NCBI GenBank assembly: GCA_964587625.1
Contig: CAZPLU010000007.1
Span: 5,739-69,738 of the forward strand
Length of the DNA: 64,000 bases
Direction of reading: 5' to 3'
Origin: an uncultured Eubacteriales bacterium
GTDB lineage: Bacteria; Bacillota; Clostridia; Oscillospirales; JAKOTC01
Below, piece after piece: positions 47,812 to 57,227 of the stretch (the first letter of the stretch is position 1; each line of letters starts with the position of its first letter). The notes beneath the pieces were generated by a model. The model was not told the origin of the DNA. It saw only the letters and a list, made by a program, of their open reading frames with translations, and did not search any database. The position numbers and the translations under genes are program-made.

Positions 47812-48240
47812 TCATTGCTTGATGTTTTGCTCCAATTTAAGCAGACCCCTGTAAACGCCGTCCGTCAATTCGGCGTCAAACCCGGCGAAGAGCTTTTCTA
47901 AAAATTCAATTTCCCGCTTGTCGCGTTTTGCAAAGTACTCCGTGCATTTCGGCATGAGGCGGATGCGTGACGCCCGCGCGTCCTTTTCATCCCTTGATAC
48001 CGAGACAAACCCGCTTTTTTGCAAATCGGTGGCGATCCGTTTTGCGTTTTGACGCGAATACCCGATAAAATTCGCCACTTCGCTGATCGTCGGCGGCGCG
48101 TCGAATCTTGAAACGCCCAAAATGAATAACCATTGCTTGGTTGTTATGTTTTTGTCAAATTCATCCCCGAGCACTTGCAATCTGTTTGATAAAGTGAATA
48201 TTGTCCCGAAAATATAGGCCTTTTGTTGCAATTCCTCCAT
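47812..48240 (-). CDS. MarR-family transcriptional regulator
   Basis: Winged-HTH region TISEVANFIGYSRQNAKRIATDLQKSGFVSVSRDEKDARA. Confidence 0.8.
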   Translation of the reverse strand: MEELQQKAYIFGTIFTLSNRLQVLGDEFDKNITTKQWLFILGVSRFDAPPTISEVANFIGYSRQNAKRIATDLQKSGFVSVSRDEKDARASRIRLMPKCTEYFAKRDKREIEFLEKLFAGFDAELTDGVYRGLLKLEQNIKQ

Positions 48241-48330
48241 CTTCTGTCCCTCCGCGGCATAAGGTAATATGTTACTCTTTCTATTATACGCAACATGTTA
48301 CCCTTTGTCAAGGGGTGTTGAAATATTTTT

Positions 48331-48834
48331 TTAATTTTCAAAGCCGACTGATTTCACCTTTTGAAACGCCATCCTCGGCGACCGATTTAAGACATAAATG
48401 GTTCCGCAATACACAAAACCGAGCTTTTCCAGCAAACCCCTCATGGGCTTGTTGTCCTCGTGGGTGTCGATCCGGAGATTGCCCGCCTGTTCAAATGCCC
48501 AATTCAAACAAAAAGCCGCCGCTCCTTTTCCGCCCTCGGCGCTGGCGATTCGGTGCACCACGCCGCACGGCCCGTCGTCGAGCCACGCGCCGTTCTCGAT
48601 CACGCGGTAGGTCGGATCGTCTTCGATATTATAATAAAAGACACAGGCGATTTCCCCGCCGTCCATGCAGACGCGGAGCTTTTGCCGCCGGATGTCTTTT
48701 TCGATCAGCTCCCGGGGCGGGTGTCTGTCTCCCCACTGCTCGCCGTTGCCGTTTGCCCGCATAAATTTCCTCGCGGATTCGTAAATCGACATGATGACGT
48801 CGATTTCACCCATTACAGCTTTTTTGATATACAT
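48331..48834 (-). CDS. GNAT-family N-acetyltransferase
   Basis: About 167 aa, with a GNAT core (VVHRIASAEGGKGAAAF...). Start at the ATG at 48834, 6 nt after gaggaa. Confidence 0.7.
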   Translation of the reverse strand: MYIKKAVMGEIDVIMSIYESARKFMRANGNGEQWGDRHPPRELIEKDIRRQKLRVCMDGGEIACVFYYNIEDDPTYRVIENGAWLDDGPCGVVHRIASAEGGKGAAAFCLNWAFEQAGNLRIDTHEDNKPMRGLLEKLGFVYCGTIYVLNRSPRMAFQKVKSVGFEN

Positions 48835-48987
48835 GTTCATTTCCTCACAAATTTGTATTGCCCCGATCAAATATAAACGGTTTTAACGAAAAATTCAATC
48901 CCCATGTCCCGGCTCATATCGGCGCAACACAAATCAAAAAGACCGATCCCGACAACCGGTCTCTTGAAACCCTTTTTATCCCGGACT

Positions 48988-50427
48988 TTATCGCGCGGCG
49001 GAAGCGGGTTCTCCGGCGGCGACGACTTCGCGCGCTCCGCGCATCAATTCCCCGATCGTGACGTCGGGGTTTGCGATACCCGCCTCGATGATCCCGACGC
49101 TCTGCTCAAACAGCGCGTCCAAGTCCTCGGGATACAGGATTTTGACCAGATGTTCAAACTGGAAGTCGAGACCGCCCTCGAGGAAATTCGGGATGACAAC
49201 GGTATACAGCGACATGATGAAACGTCCGGTGCTGTAATTGCCCATTTCGCAGACCCAGCCCTCGGGGAGATTGATCGAAAACGGGAAGCAGGAAAACATC
49301 ATGGAAGACGTCCCCGAAAACATCGGTCTGTGTTCGATTTTTTTGATCTCTCTGTCCAAAAAGATCGCCCACAAATAGTCCGTGTGGCGCAGGATCAGAT
49401 ATTGAACCTCCTGCGTGATCGCGATTGCCTGTGCAAATGTCTTGTCCCGTGTGATCACGGTTCGCAGCGGAAGCGCGTTGACGCGGCAGCCGCCGGATCG
49501 CTTATCCGCCAGCGTGATTCTTCGGTCAAAAGCGACCATGAAATTGACATCGTCGGTCTCCTCGTTGATTTTCGAGAGATAGGTGCGCATTCCGACATAG
49601 ATCACCGTCTGCAAAGGAATGCCGTTTTTTTCGCAATAGGCGAGGATCGGTTCGGCCCTTTCCCTGCTCAGGTGCTTGCTGTATTTTTTGCTTTTATCGA
49701 TCAATATGGTGTTCACCGTCTCAAAGCGCCGCGTCGGATCTTTGCTTTTACGGCGAAAACGATTGAGCAGCCGCATCCCGTCCGCCCCCGCATAAAACGA
49801 CGGTCCGTTCTTCGTATAATAATCCATAAAAAAATCCCTGTGCTTTTCCTTCTCTTCCTCGTTGTCAAAAACAAGCAGGTCTTTTTTCATACACTCCTCA
49901 AACGAAGCGAGCGGCTTGGGCATCGGGGTTTTGTTTTGAAGAGCGCCGATGATTTCAAGCAGGTCGGTAAAAAACAAAAGCACCGCATACACATCTGCGA
50001 TCACATGGCAGATATTTAAATAGATGCCGGTGCGCCCGTCATGCGTCCGATACAAGATGATTCGGTACATCTCGCCGCGCCGGATTTTCAGCGGGGTGCG
50101 CGCGTCTTTTTGAAGCACCGCGTCCTGCTCTTCGGCGGTCTTGCCCGTGAAATCCAAAACCGGGATATGCTCAAGCTTATATTCCGGCATAAAATATTGC
50201 ATACGCTTTCCGTCGTGTTTTTGAAACCGGATGCGCATACTGTCGTTTCGCGCGATTTCGATATTGACCGCCTGCTTCAACAGGTCGAAATCGAGCTTTT
50301 GATTGAGAATCGTGTACAGGACGATTTGCGTGATCTCCTTGTGCAAACTGTACTGCAATTCCAAAAGTGGCAGCATCTGAGACCCGCGGATTTCATAATA
50401 CTTTTTTTTAACTGCGCTTTTTGACAT
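48988..50427 (-). CDS. Stand-alone condensation (C)-domain family acyltransferase
   Basis: 479 aa. HHxxxDG-type motif present as CHVIADV (second His and Asp retained) at the expected position of about 150 aa. ATG at 50427 after ggggga, 25 nt after the permease stop. Confidence 0.65.
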   Translation of the reverse strand: MSKSAVKKKYYEIRGSQMLPLLELQYSLHKEITQIVLYTILNQKLDFDLLKQAVNIEIARNDSMRIRFQKHDGKRMQYFMPEYKLEHIPVLDFTGKTAEEQDAVLQKDARTPLKIRRGEMYRIILYRTHDGRTGIYLNICHVIADVYAVLLFFTDLLEIIGALQNKTPMPKPLASFEECMKKDLLVFDNEEEKEKHRDFFMDYYTKNGPSFYAGADGMRLLNRFRRKSKDPTRRFETVNTILIDKSKKYSKHLSRERAEPILAYCEKNGIPLQTVIYVGMRTYLSKINEETDDVNFMVAFDRRITLADKRSGGCRVNALPLRTVITRDKTFAQAIAITQEVQYLILRHTDYLWAIFLDREIKKIEHRPMFSGTSSMMFSCFPFSINLPEGWVCEMGNYSTGRFIMSLYTVVIPNFLEGGLDFQFEHLVKILYPEDLDALFEQSVGIIEAGIANPDVTIGELMRGAREVVAAGEPASAAR

Positions 50428-50452
50428 AAAATTTCCCCCTGCCTTACTGCCG

Positions 50453-53400
50453 TTATTCAACGGCTTTCAACGATTCGACCATGCTGATGCCGCGCATGCG
50501 CTTGGTCATCATCAGGTTTACAGAGACGATGTAAAACGCGGTGAGCAGACCGGCATAGAGATAGCTTGCCGCCGCGATCTCCCCGGCGAACTTGACCATA
50601 TCCGCCTCGACCGTCCGGAGCATGAACTGCGCCAAAAAATATCCGATCACACCGCCGAACAAAATCCCGACGGCGCCCATCACAAAGTTTTCTCGGAAAA
50701 TATACATATTGGTCTCGCCGTGCTTGAAACCGAGCACCTTGATGGTCGCGATCTCCCGCGTGCGTTCGGAGATGTTGATGTTGGTCAGGTTGTAGACCAC
50801 CACAAAAGCTAGCGCGCCCGCGGAGATCAGCATGACGAGGATGATGATGTTGATGCTGTTGATGGTTTCGGTAAACGACGCTCTTGCCGAATCGATATTG
50901 ACAATGGCAAGAATGTCGCCGCTTTTTGTCAGCCAGTCGGACACGAAGCCCCCAAAATCCGTCATTTTCGCGCTCTCGGCGCACGCGATGGAGTTGAACC
51001 GGAGGTCTTTGCCGAAGGTCTGTTCATAACGCGCGGGCGACATGTAGATGTAGTGGTAGATGTAGTTCTCCGTGACACTGCGTACGGGCAGTGTATACGG
51101 CTCCTCGTTGACGCGGAATGTGACGGCATCCCCCGCGCCGACGCCCAGCAATTGCGCCAGTTTATCGGTGATAATCACGCCCTCATCGCCGAGTTCGAGC
51201 GTTTCCCCGCTCTTTGGATCGCGCAGGGTGATCAGCCGTTCCAAGTGGGCGATTTTCCGCGGCGCCATCACAAAGACGTTTCGAATCACGGCTCCGTTTT
51301 GATCCGCTTCGACGGACACGATCTTTGAAAACAAAGTATCGCTCAGCCGCTCATCGTTTGAAAGCCGCTGCCCCAGCGCGTCCGCCTCCTCGCGCGTCAA
51401 CTCCCCGGACAGCGTGAACATGATCTTGTAGCGGTTGATCTCGCCGTATTGTTTATCCACAATCGGGTTCACGCCGTCCCGCATCCCGAAACCCGCCACG
51501 ATCAACGCCATGCAGCCCGAGATTCCCAGCACCGTCATCACCAGCCGCAGCTTATAGCGGAACAGGTTGCGCGCCGTAATCTTTTGGGAAAACGTCATTT
51601 TCGTCCAGAGTTTCTTCCAGCGTTCCATGAATATTTTCCGACCGCTCTTGGGCATTTTGGGGCGCATCAGCGCGGCGGTCGGCGTCCTCAGTTCTTTGTA
51701 ACAGGAATAAAAAGCCACCATCACCGTGCATAACAGAGCGACAAACACGGAAACCAGAGACATATTCCAGGGAACCGTGATTTCGATGTCGGGCAGCCGA
51801 TAGAGCGCGTTATAGGCCCCGATGATCACCCTCGGCAGAATTTGAATGCAGACCAGCTGTCCGAGCACGCTCCCGAGGACGCAGGCGGTGGCGGAATAGA
51901 CCATGTATTTGCCCGCTATCTGCGCGGACGAATACCCCAGCGCCTTGTAGGTGCCGATTTGAATCCGCTGCTCGTCGATCATGCGGGACATGGTCGTCAG
52001 GCAGACCAGCGACGCCACCAGCAGGAAAAACACCGGGAAAATCGCCGCGATGGCGTCGATGCGCTCCGAGTCCTGGTCAAACCCCGCATAACTCTGAATG
52101 ATGTCGTCGCGGGTGAACGCGTACCATTTACCGGATTCGATTTCGCTGAACATGCTTTGGATGTTTTTGATGCGGTTCGCCCCGTCTGCAATCGAGCTTT
52201 GCGCATTGGCGAAGGCATCCAAATACTCGGCATACCCGTCATTGTATTCTTCGAGTCCCGCCGCATACTGCCGTTCAGCCGCATCGAGCTTTTCTTTCGC
52301 CTGCGCCAGTTGATCCAGTGCGGCGGCTTTTTGTTTTTCATACGCCGCCTCGCCCGCCTTGAATTCGGTCTGGGCGGTCTCCAACAGCAATCGGTTGGTT
52401 TTCAGCTGCACACCCGCTTCATCCAATTCACTCTTTCCTCTTTTATATTCCGCCTCTCCGCTTCGCAGTCCCTCGAGCGCCAAATCCAGCTCCGCTTTGG
52501 CTTTGTCCAGTCCTGCGCGGGCAATCTCCAACTGCTGTTTTGCGGCATTCAACTCCGCCTCGGCCTCCAGCAGCTGTTTTTCGTACCCCTGCAGCATTTG
52601 AATGGCGTTTTCCAGCTCTTGCAACGCCTGCGCGCCCCGGTCTTCTGCGTTCGTGACCCGCCCGGCAGCCGCCTGAATCTGCTCCCGCAGCCGGGCGATC
52701 ACTTCCGGGTCGTCCCCGCCGCTGTCCAAATACGCCTCAAGCGCCGCCTGCGCCTGTTGATAGAGCGCTTCCGCTTCCTCTTGATCGATCTCTTCGCCGT
52801 TGACGGCCTCCTGCGCCATCGCAACGGTCTGCTGCGCGGTGTTGTAGAGCCGTTTTGCCGGTTCGAATTTTTCCATGGCCTCGGTGTATTGCGTCAGCCC
52901 GCCGTTGTACAATTCCTCGTTTTTTTGGTATTCTTCCAAACCGTAGTCATATTGCGCCCAGCCGTCGTCCAGTTGCTCGCGCGCGTTTCGAAGCTTCGCC
53001 TCCCCCTCGTCATATTTGGCCAGACCGATTGCCAGCTGCGCCTTTCCCTCTGAAATCTGCGCTCTGCCCTCTTCCAGCTCCGCTTCGGCTTTTTTAAGCA
53101 TGGCCTCCGCTTCAAGCGCGGCTTTTTCATATTCCTTCCGGCCGGCGTCGATTTCCGCCCCGGCCTGATCGAGTTCCGCCTTGGCTTGATCCAGTTTCAG
53201 CTTGACGTCGGCAAGCTGTCGGTCGGCTCCGCTTTTTTGCGTTGCCAGCTCATTTTCCGCATCTTCAATCCGAGTCCGGATGTTGTATAAAAAAAGCTCA
53301 TAGCTGGCACGCCCGATGATTTCGATTTGAGCCGATGCGCTTTTGATATCCGCGTCATATTGCTCGTCAAATGCGGAAACCCCGGCCGCGCGGCACAACA

Positions 53401-54064
53401 GGACATATAACTCCGTATAGCGGGTATATTTGAATTCGGCGGCGGGCAGCATGATATAATACGAGATGGTGCCGTTTCCGATCGAGGAGGTGCCGTAGGA
53501 ATACGAAATATGCTGGGGTGATTGGATCAACCCGACCACCGTGTAGTTCGTACCGGAAATAACGGTGTCCGTGGCGGTCGGACCCGCCGCCTCGGAAAAG
53601 CGGATGATGTCGCCGACAGCGATATCCGGATCGCGCATGCGGTACGGTGCGGCGAGGCATTCCCCGGGGTTTTCGGGCATACGTCCGGCAATCAATCGAA
53701 TTTGATTGAGTTTGTCCGTTCCATTCTCCAACGGCAACGCGGAGACACGGGCCACACTGTTCCCCGTCTCCTCCGAGACAATCAGGTCGGCGGAATAAGA
53801 AGGCATCACCCCCCTCACGCCGTCGAGGGCGCGAAGCGCCTCTACGTCTTTATCGTCGAAACCGACGGTCGAAATCAGCTCCAGATCCATCAGGGAAGAG
53901 GAATTGAAATAATTTTCGGCTGTTTGCCGCATGCTGGGCGCGGTCGTCTTGACGCCCACAAAGAATCCGACGCTTAAAAAGGTGATTAAAACGATGGAAA
54001 TAAACCGCTCGCGGGAGCGCAGTATCTCCCGGCGGGTGTCCTTGATCAGCGTTTTCGATCTCAT
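50453..54064 (-). CDS. ABC transporter permease, double FtsX/MacB-type, with ~380-aa coiled-coil insertion
   Basis: 1203 aa. Layout: TM1, MacB-like extracytoplasmic domain, Ala/Glu/Lys/Gln-rich helical region (aa 262 to about 640), FtsX TM bundle, second extracytoplasmic domain, second FtsX bundle. Confidence 0.8.
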   Translation of the reverse strand: MRSKTLIKDTRREILRSRERFISIVLITFLSVGFFVGVKTTAPSMRQTAENYFNSSSLMDLELISTVGFDDKDVEALRALDGVRGVMPSYSADLIVSEETGNSVARVSALPLENGTDKLNQIRLIAGRMPENPGECLAAPYRMRDPDIAVGDIIRFSEAAGPTATDTVISGTNYTVVGLIQSPQHISYSYGTSSIGNGTISYYIMLPAAEFKYTRYTELYVLLCRAAGVSAFDEQYDADIKSASAQIEIIGRASYELFLYNIRTRIEDAENELATQKSGADRQLADVKLKLDQAKAELDQAGAEIDAGRKEYEKAALEAEAMLKKAEAELEEGRAQISEGKAQLAIGLAKYDEGEAKLRNAREQLDDGWAQYDYGLEEYQKNEELYNGGLTQYTEAMEKFEPAKRLYNTAQQTVAMAQEAVNGEEIDQEEAEALYQQAQAALEAYLDSGGDDPEVIARLREQIQAAAGRVTNAEDRGAQALQELENAIQMLQGYEKQLLEAEAELNAAKQQLEIARAGLDKAKAELDLALEGLRSGEAEYKRGKSELDEAGVQLKTNRLLLETAQTEFKAGEAAYEKQKAAALDQLAQAKEKLDAAERQYAAGLEEYNDGYAEYLDAFANAQSSIADGANRIKNIQSMFSEIESGKWYAFTRDDIIQSYAGFDQDSERIDAIAAIFPVFFLLVASLVCLTTMSRMIDEQRIQIGTYKALGYSSAQIAGKYMVYSATACVLGSVLGQLVCIQILPRVIIGAYNALYRLPDIEITVPWNMSLVSVFVALLCTVMVAFYSCYKELRTPTAALMRPKMPKSGRKIFMERWKKLWTKMTFSQKITARNLFRYKLRLVMTVLGISGCMALIVAGFGMRDGVNPIVDKQYGEINRYKIMFTLSGELTREEADALGQRLSNDERLSDTLFSKIVSVEADQNGAVIRNVFVMAPRKIAHLERLITLRDPKSGETLELGDEGVIITDKLAQLLGVGAGDAVTFRVNEEPYTLPVRSVTENYIYHYIYMSPARYEQTFGKDLRFNSIACAESAKMTDFGGFVSDWLTKSGDILAIVNIDSARASFTETINSINIIILVMLISAGALAFVVVYNLTNINISERTREIATIKVLGFKHGETNMYIFRENFVMGAVGILFGGVIGYFLAQFMLRTVEADMVKFAGEIAAASYLYAGLLTAFYIVSVNLMMTKRMRGISMVESLKAVE

Positions 54065-54104
54065 GCCCGCCCCTCTTTTGACACGGCCCGGATCGTCCTG
54101 CGGC

Positions 54105-54809
54105 CTACCATTCCAGCTCCTCCACGCCGACGGGCGCGGGGTTGATGTCGATGGACGCCACCGAGCCGTTGCGCATCCGGATCACACGGTTCGCCATGGG
54201 GGCGATCGCCGCGTTATGGGTGATCAAAACCACCGTCATTTTTTGCCGTTTACAGGTCTCCTGCAGCAGCGCAAGAATCTTTTTACCCGTGATATAGTCC
54301 AATGCGCCGGTCGGTTCGTCGCACAGCAGCAATTTCGGATTTTTTGCCAACGCGCGCGCAATGGCAACCCGCTGTTGTTCCCCGCCCGAGAGCTGCGAGG
54401 GGAAGTTATGTACGCGCTCGCCCAAGCCGACGCTGGAGAGCACCTCCGCGGCGTCGAGGTCGCTGTCGCAGATCTGTGAAGCGAGCTCCACGTTCTCGGC
54501 GGCGGTCAAATTCGGTATCAGGTTATAAAACTGAAAAACAAACCCGATGTCCATCCGCCGATATTGAATCATCTTCGTCTCCGAGAGTGCGCTGACCTTT
54601 TTCCCGTCGACGACGATATCGCCCTCGTCGCAGTTGTCGATGCCGCCGAGCATATTCAGCACGGTGGTTTTGCCCGCGCCGCTGGCGCCGGAAATTACGG
54701 CAAACTCCCCTTTTTCGATCGTGAAATTGACGGCGTCGGCAGCCGTGATGGTCACTTCGCCCATTTGATATCTCTTGCAGACATCCCTGAAAACAATATA
54801 CGATTCCAT
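54105..54809 (-). CDS. ABC transporter ATP-binding protein (MacB/LolD-like)
   Basis: Walker [10 protein letters not shown], signature [15 protein letters not shown], Walker [12 protein letters not shown] at 54809; the track ORF uses an upstream TTG. Confidence 0.85.
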   Translation of the reverse strand: MESYIVFRDVCKRYQMGEVTITAADAVNFTIEKGEFAVISGASGAGKTTVLNMLGGIDNCDEGDIVVDGKKVSALSETKMIQYRRMDIGFVFQFYNLIPNLTAAENVELASQICDSDLDAAEVLSSVGLGERVHNFPSQLSGGEQQRVAIARALAKNPKLLLCDEPTGALDYITGKKILALLQETCKRQKMTVVLITHNAAIAPMANRVIRMRNGSVASIDINPAPVGVEELEW

Positions 54810-54838
54810 CGAAACCCCGCCGACGCGTCCCCGGGGAA

Positions 54839-55093
54839 TCAAAGAACTCGGCGGCTGTTTTGGCGCACAGCCGTCTCTTTTTCGAGATATGCGATCACAT
54901 CGCTTATATATTGAAAATTGATCGCCTCCCGCTCGGGAATTTCCACCCCGAATTCCCTCTCCAAGACCGTGACCAGATGGATGAACTCCAACGAATTCAG
55001 CCCCAAATCCTTTTGCAATTCGGTCTCGGCCGTGATTTCCCGCGGATCCAAAACAACGTATTCGGCCAAGAGCGCAATGATCCGTTCCAACAT
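54839..55093 (-). CDS. Acyl/peptidyl carrier protein
   Basis: 84 aa. Phosphopantetheine attachment context DLGLNSLEFIHLV. Confidence 0.8.
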   Translation of the reverse strand: MLERIIALLAEYVVLDPREITAETELQKDLGLNSLEFIHLVTVLEREFGVEIPEREAINFQYISDVIAYLEKETAVRQNSRRVL

Positions 55094-55137
55094 AAAAAAA
55101 CCCTTCTTTTCCTTAAAATGATTTTATTTGATCGGTG

Positions 55138-56880
55138 TCAAACTGTGATACCTTCCCCGTAGGCGGACTTGTTTTGCTCCTCGATGACCTTATGGCGGAT
55201 CACTTTTTTCGTTGTCGTGCGCAAAAAATCCTCCTGCGTGATAAACAGCCGATGCAGTTGCTTGTACCCGGGCAAGAGCTGGTTGACCCTGCGGATGTCC
55301 TCGGCGACCAATCGCTCGATGGCCTCCTGGTCCATCTTGTCGACAAACTCCTCCACCTCGATCTTCAGCGCGGCCGCAATCGTCTGCATCAGCGTTTCTT
55401 TGACCTGATAATGATAGGAATAGACCACCGCGTCCCTGACATAGGGCATCTGCCGGATGATCTTTGCCTCGATTTCCTCCGGATGCACGTTTTTGCCGTT
55501 GTTCAAGACGATCAGGTTCTTTTTTCTGCCGACCACGGTGAGCGTCTGACCTTTCAGCACGCCGTAATCGCCGGTTTTCAGCCAACCGTTATCGAAAGTC
55601 GCGGCCGTGGCCGCCTCGTCTTTATAATAGCCCAGCATCACAACATCGCCTTTGACATAGATTTCACCGACGCCGTTTTTATCAGGCCGATCGATTTTCA
55701 ACTGCACCCCGGACAACGGCTTGCCGACGGATTCGGGGCGCCGATGCGCTTTGGGATTGACCGAGACGCCGGGCGAACACTCGGTCAACCCATAGGCGGT
55801 GAGCACGTCGATTCCCATGCCGTGAAGACCCCGTATCGCCTCCGGATCGACTGCGGCGCCTCCGCACATGACCCGGTTGAATTTGCCGCCCAAATTTTCC
55901 TTGAGTTGTTTGAACAGCACCTTCCGAATATCGATGCCCACCGCGAGCAGCAAATTGGATATCCTCAGCGCGGCGCGCAAATCCCGGGTGCGGTTTTGCC
56001 GTTTGGTCTCCGCCCAGATGGTCTTGTACACGGTTTCCAAAAACAGCGGAACCACGACCGACATGCCGGGTTTTACGGCCCTCATCGTCTCCAATAACCG
56101 CTTGAGAGAGGCGCAGAGATAGATGTCGATGCCTTTTAATATCCCGGGAAGGATATGGCAGTTCAATTCAATCGTATGGTGAAACGGCAGCATGGAAAAG
56201 GACTCGGATTCGCAGGGCGCAACTTTCAGGATGTTATAAACATTGGTGCAGAGGTTTTTGTGGCTGAGCATAACGCCCTTGTTCGGACCGGTCGTCCCGG
56301 AGGTAAACAGGATCACGGCGGCTTTTTCGCGGTCGATCTGCCTGTCTTGATATCTCCGGTCTCCGCAGCCGATCCGTTCTCTGCCGTGCCGGAGCATACC
56401 GGACAGCGTGTCGGCCTCGGCCACGCCCGGGAGCGGTCCCATCGAAAAACACCTCACCCCCGCGTCCTCCGCTTTTTTGGCCGCCGCGTGAAAAGACGGA
56501 GCATAAAACAACGCGCTTGCGTCGCCCTTGAGCGCCAAATCCCTGAGGTCTTCATCGGGCAGCTCCTTGTCGAGGGGGATGATCACGCCCACCCCGCATA
56601 TCACCGCCATGTAAGTGATAAACCACACATACGAGTTCTCGCCCACCAACGCGATATGCGCGTCCGCGAAACCGTAATCCAACAGCGCCGTGCCCAACGC
56701 GCAGACATCGTCGAAAATATTTTGACAGGAATACCGCACGATTTCGTCGTTTTTGGTCTCGCGCAAAACCGTTTTGCCGCCGTGCAGACGCATCGACTCT
56801 TGTAACAACTCTCTCAAATCAGACAGCGGCGCCGTCGGTAAAAGCAGCCGCTCCGTTGAAAACGCAGGACGATTTTTCAT
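55138..56880 (-). CDS. AMP-dependent synthetase/ligase (long-chain acyl-CoA synthetase / fatty acyl-AMP ligase-like)
   Basis: 580 aa. Adenylation core motifs ILFTSGTTGPNKGVMLSHKNL, YGLTEC, GWLKTGDYG and GRKKNLIVLNNGKNVHPEEIE. Confidence 0.85.
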   Translation of the reverse strand: MKNRPAFSTERLLLPTAPLSDLRELLQESMRLHGGKTVLRETKNDEIVRYSCQNIFDDVCALGTALLDYGFADAHIALVGENSYVWFITYMAVICGVGVIIPLDKELPDEDLRDLALKGDASALFYAPSFHAAAKKAEDAGVRCFSMGPLPGVAEADTLSGMLRHGRERIGCGDRRYQDRQIDREKAAVILFTSGTTGPNKGVMLSHKNLCTNVYNILKVAPCESESFSMLPFHHTIELNCHILPGILKGIDIYLCASLKRLLETMRAVKPGMSVVVPLFLETVYKTIWAETKRQNRTRDLRAALRISNLLLAVGIDIRKVLFKQLKENLGGKFNRVMCGGAAVDPEAIRGLHGMGIDVLTAYGLTECSPGVSVNPKAHRRPESVGKPLSGVQLKIDRPDKNGVGEIYVKGDVVMLGYYKDEAATAATFDNGWLKTGDYGVLKGQTLTVVGRKKNLIVLNNGKNVHPEEIEAKIIRQMPYVRDAVVYSYHYQVKETLMQTIAAALKIEVEEFVDKMDQEAIERLVAEDIRRVNQLLPGYKQLHRLFITQEDFLRTTTKKVIRHKVIEEQNKSAYGEGITV

Positions 56881-56992
56881 AAGGTTTTCCCCCGTTCAAA
56901 CCGAAAAAGTGATTTTCGGTGAAACCGTAAAATGAAAATAAAAAACACGCAAAATATTTTTTAAATCCGGGCATGAGATAATCCTATGTCCT

Positions 56993-57020
56993 ATCATACA
57001 ACTAAAATGACACCTGTCAA
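56993..57020 (-). promoter_or_regulatory. Candidate sigma-A promoter of the ligase-carrier-ABC-condensation operon
   Basis: Minus strand: TTGACA (57020-57015), 16-nt spacer, TATGAT (56998-56993). It lies in a 350-bp AT-rich gap. Confidence 0.3.
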
Positions 57021-57159
57021 TCGCTAATTTTGGATTTTTTTGGGAGCTTTTGTAAAATTCGGTCGAACACGGAAAACGGCATGTTTAAAGGATATAACAC
57101 ATTCTGTAAATTGAATTGTACGAGAGATTTTATTCAAGTAAACCGCAATCAAATCCACT

Positions 57160-57200
57160 TCGAAAAGCGCAGCACCCCGCGTTAAAAACGCGGGGTGCTG
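57160..57200 (-). terminator. Rho-independent terminator ending the upstream redox operon
   Basis: 11-bp stem agcaccccgcg / cgcggggtgct, followed on the minus strand by gcgcttttcg. Confidence 0.6.
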
Positions 57201-57227
57201 TGCCTCGATCGGATCGGGCGCTTTGTT

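Noticed and set aside
48904-50019. 371-aa plus-strand ORF antisense to the condensation-domain gene; likewise 51842..53053, 55135..56097 and 56155..56805.
   Set aside because: They are antisense to genes with clear domain motifs, have no RBS or start context, and have biased Arg/His/Leu composition. They are spurious shadows.
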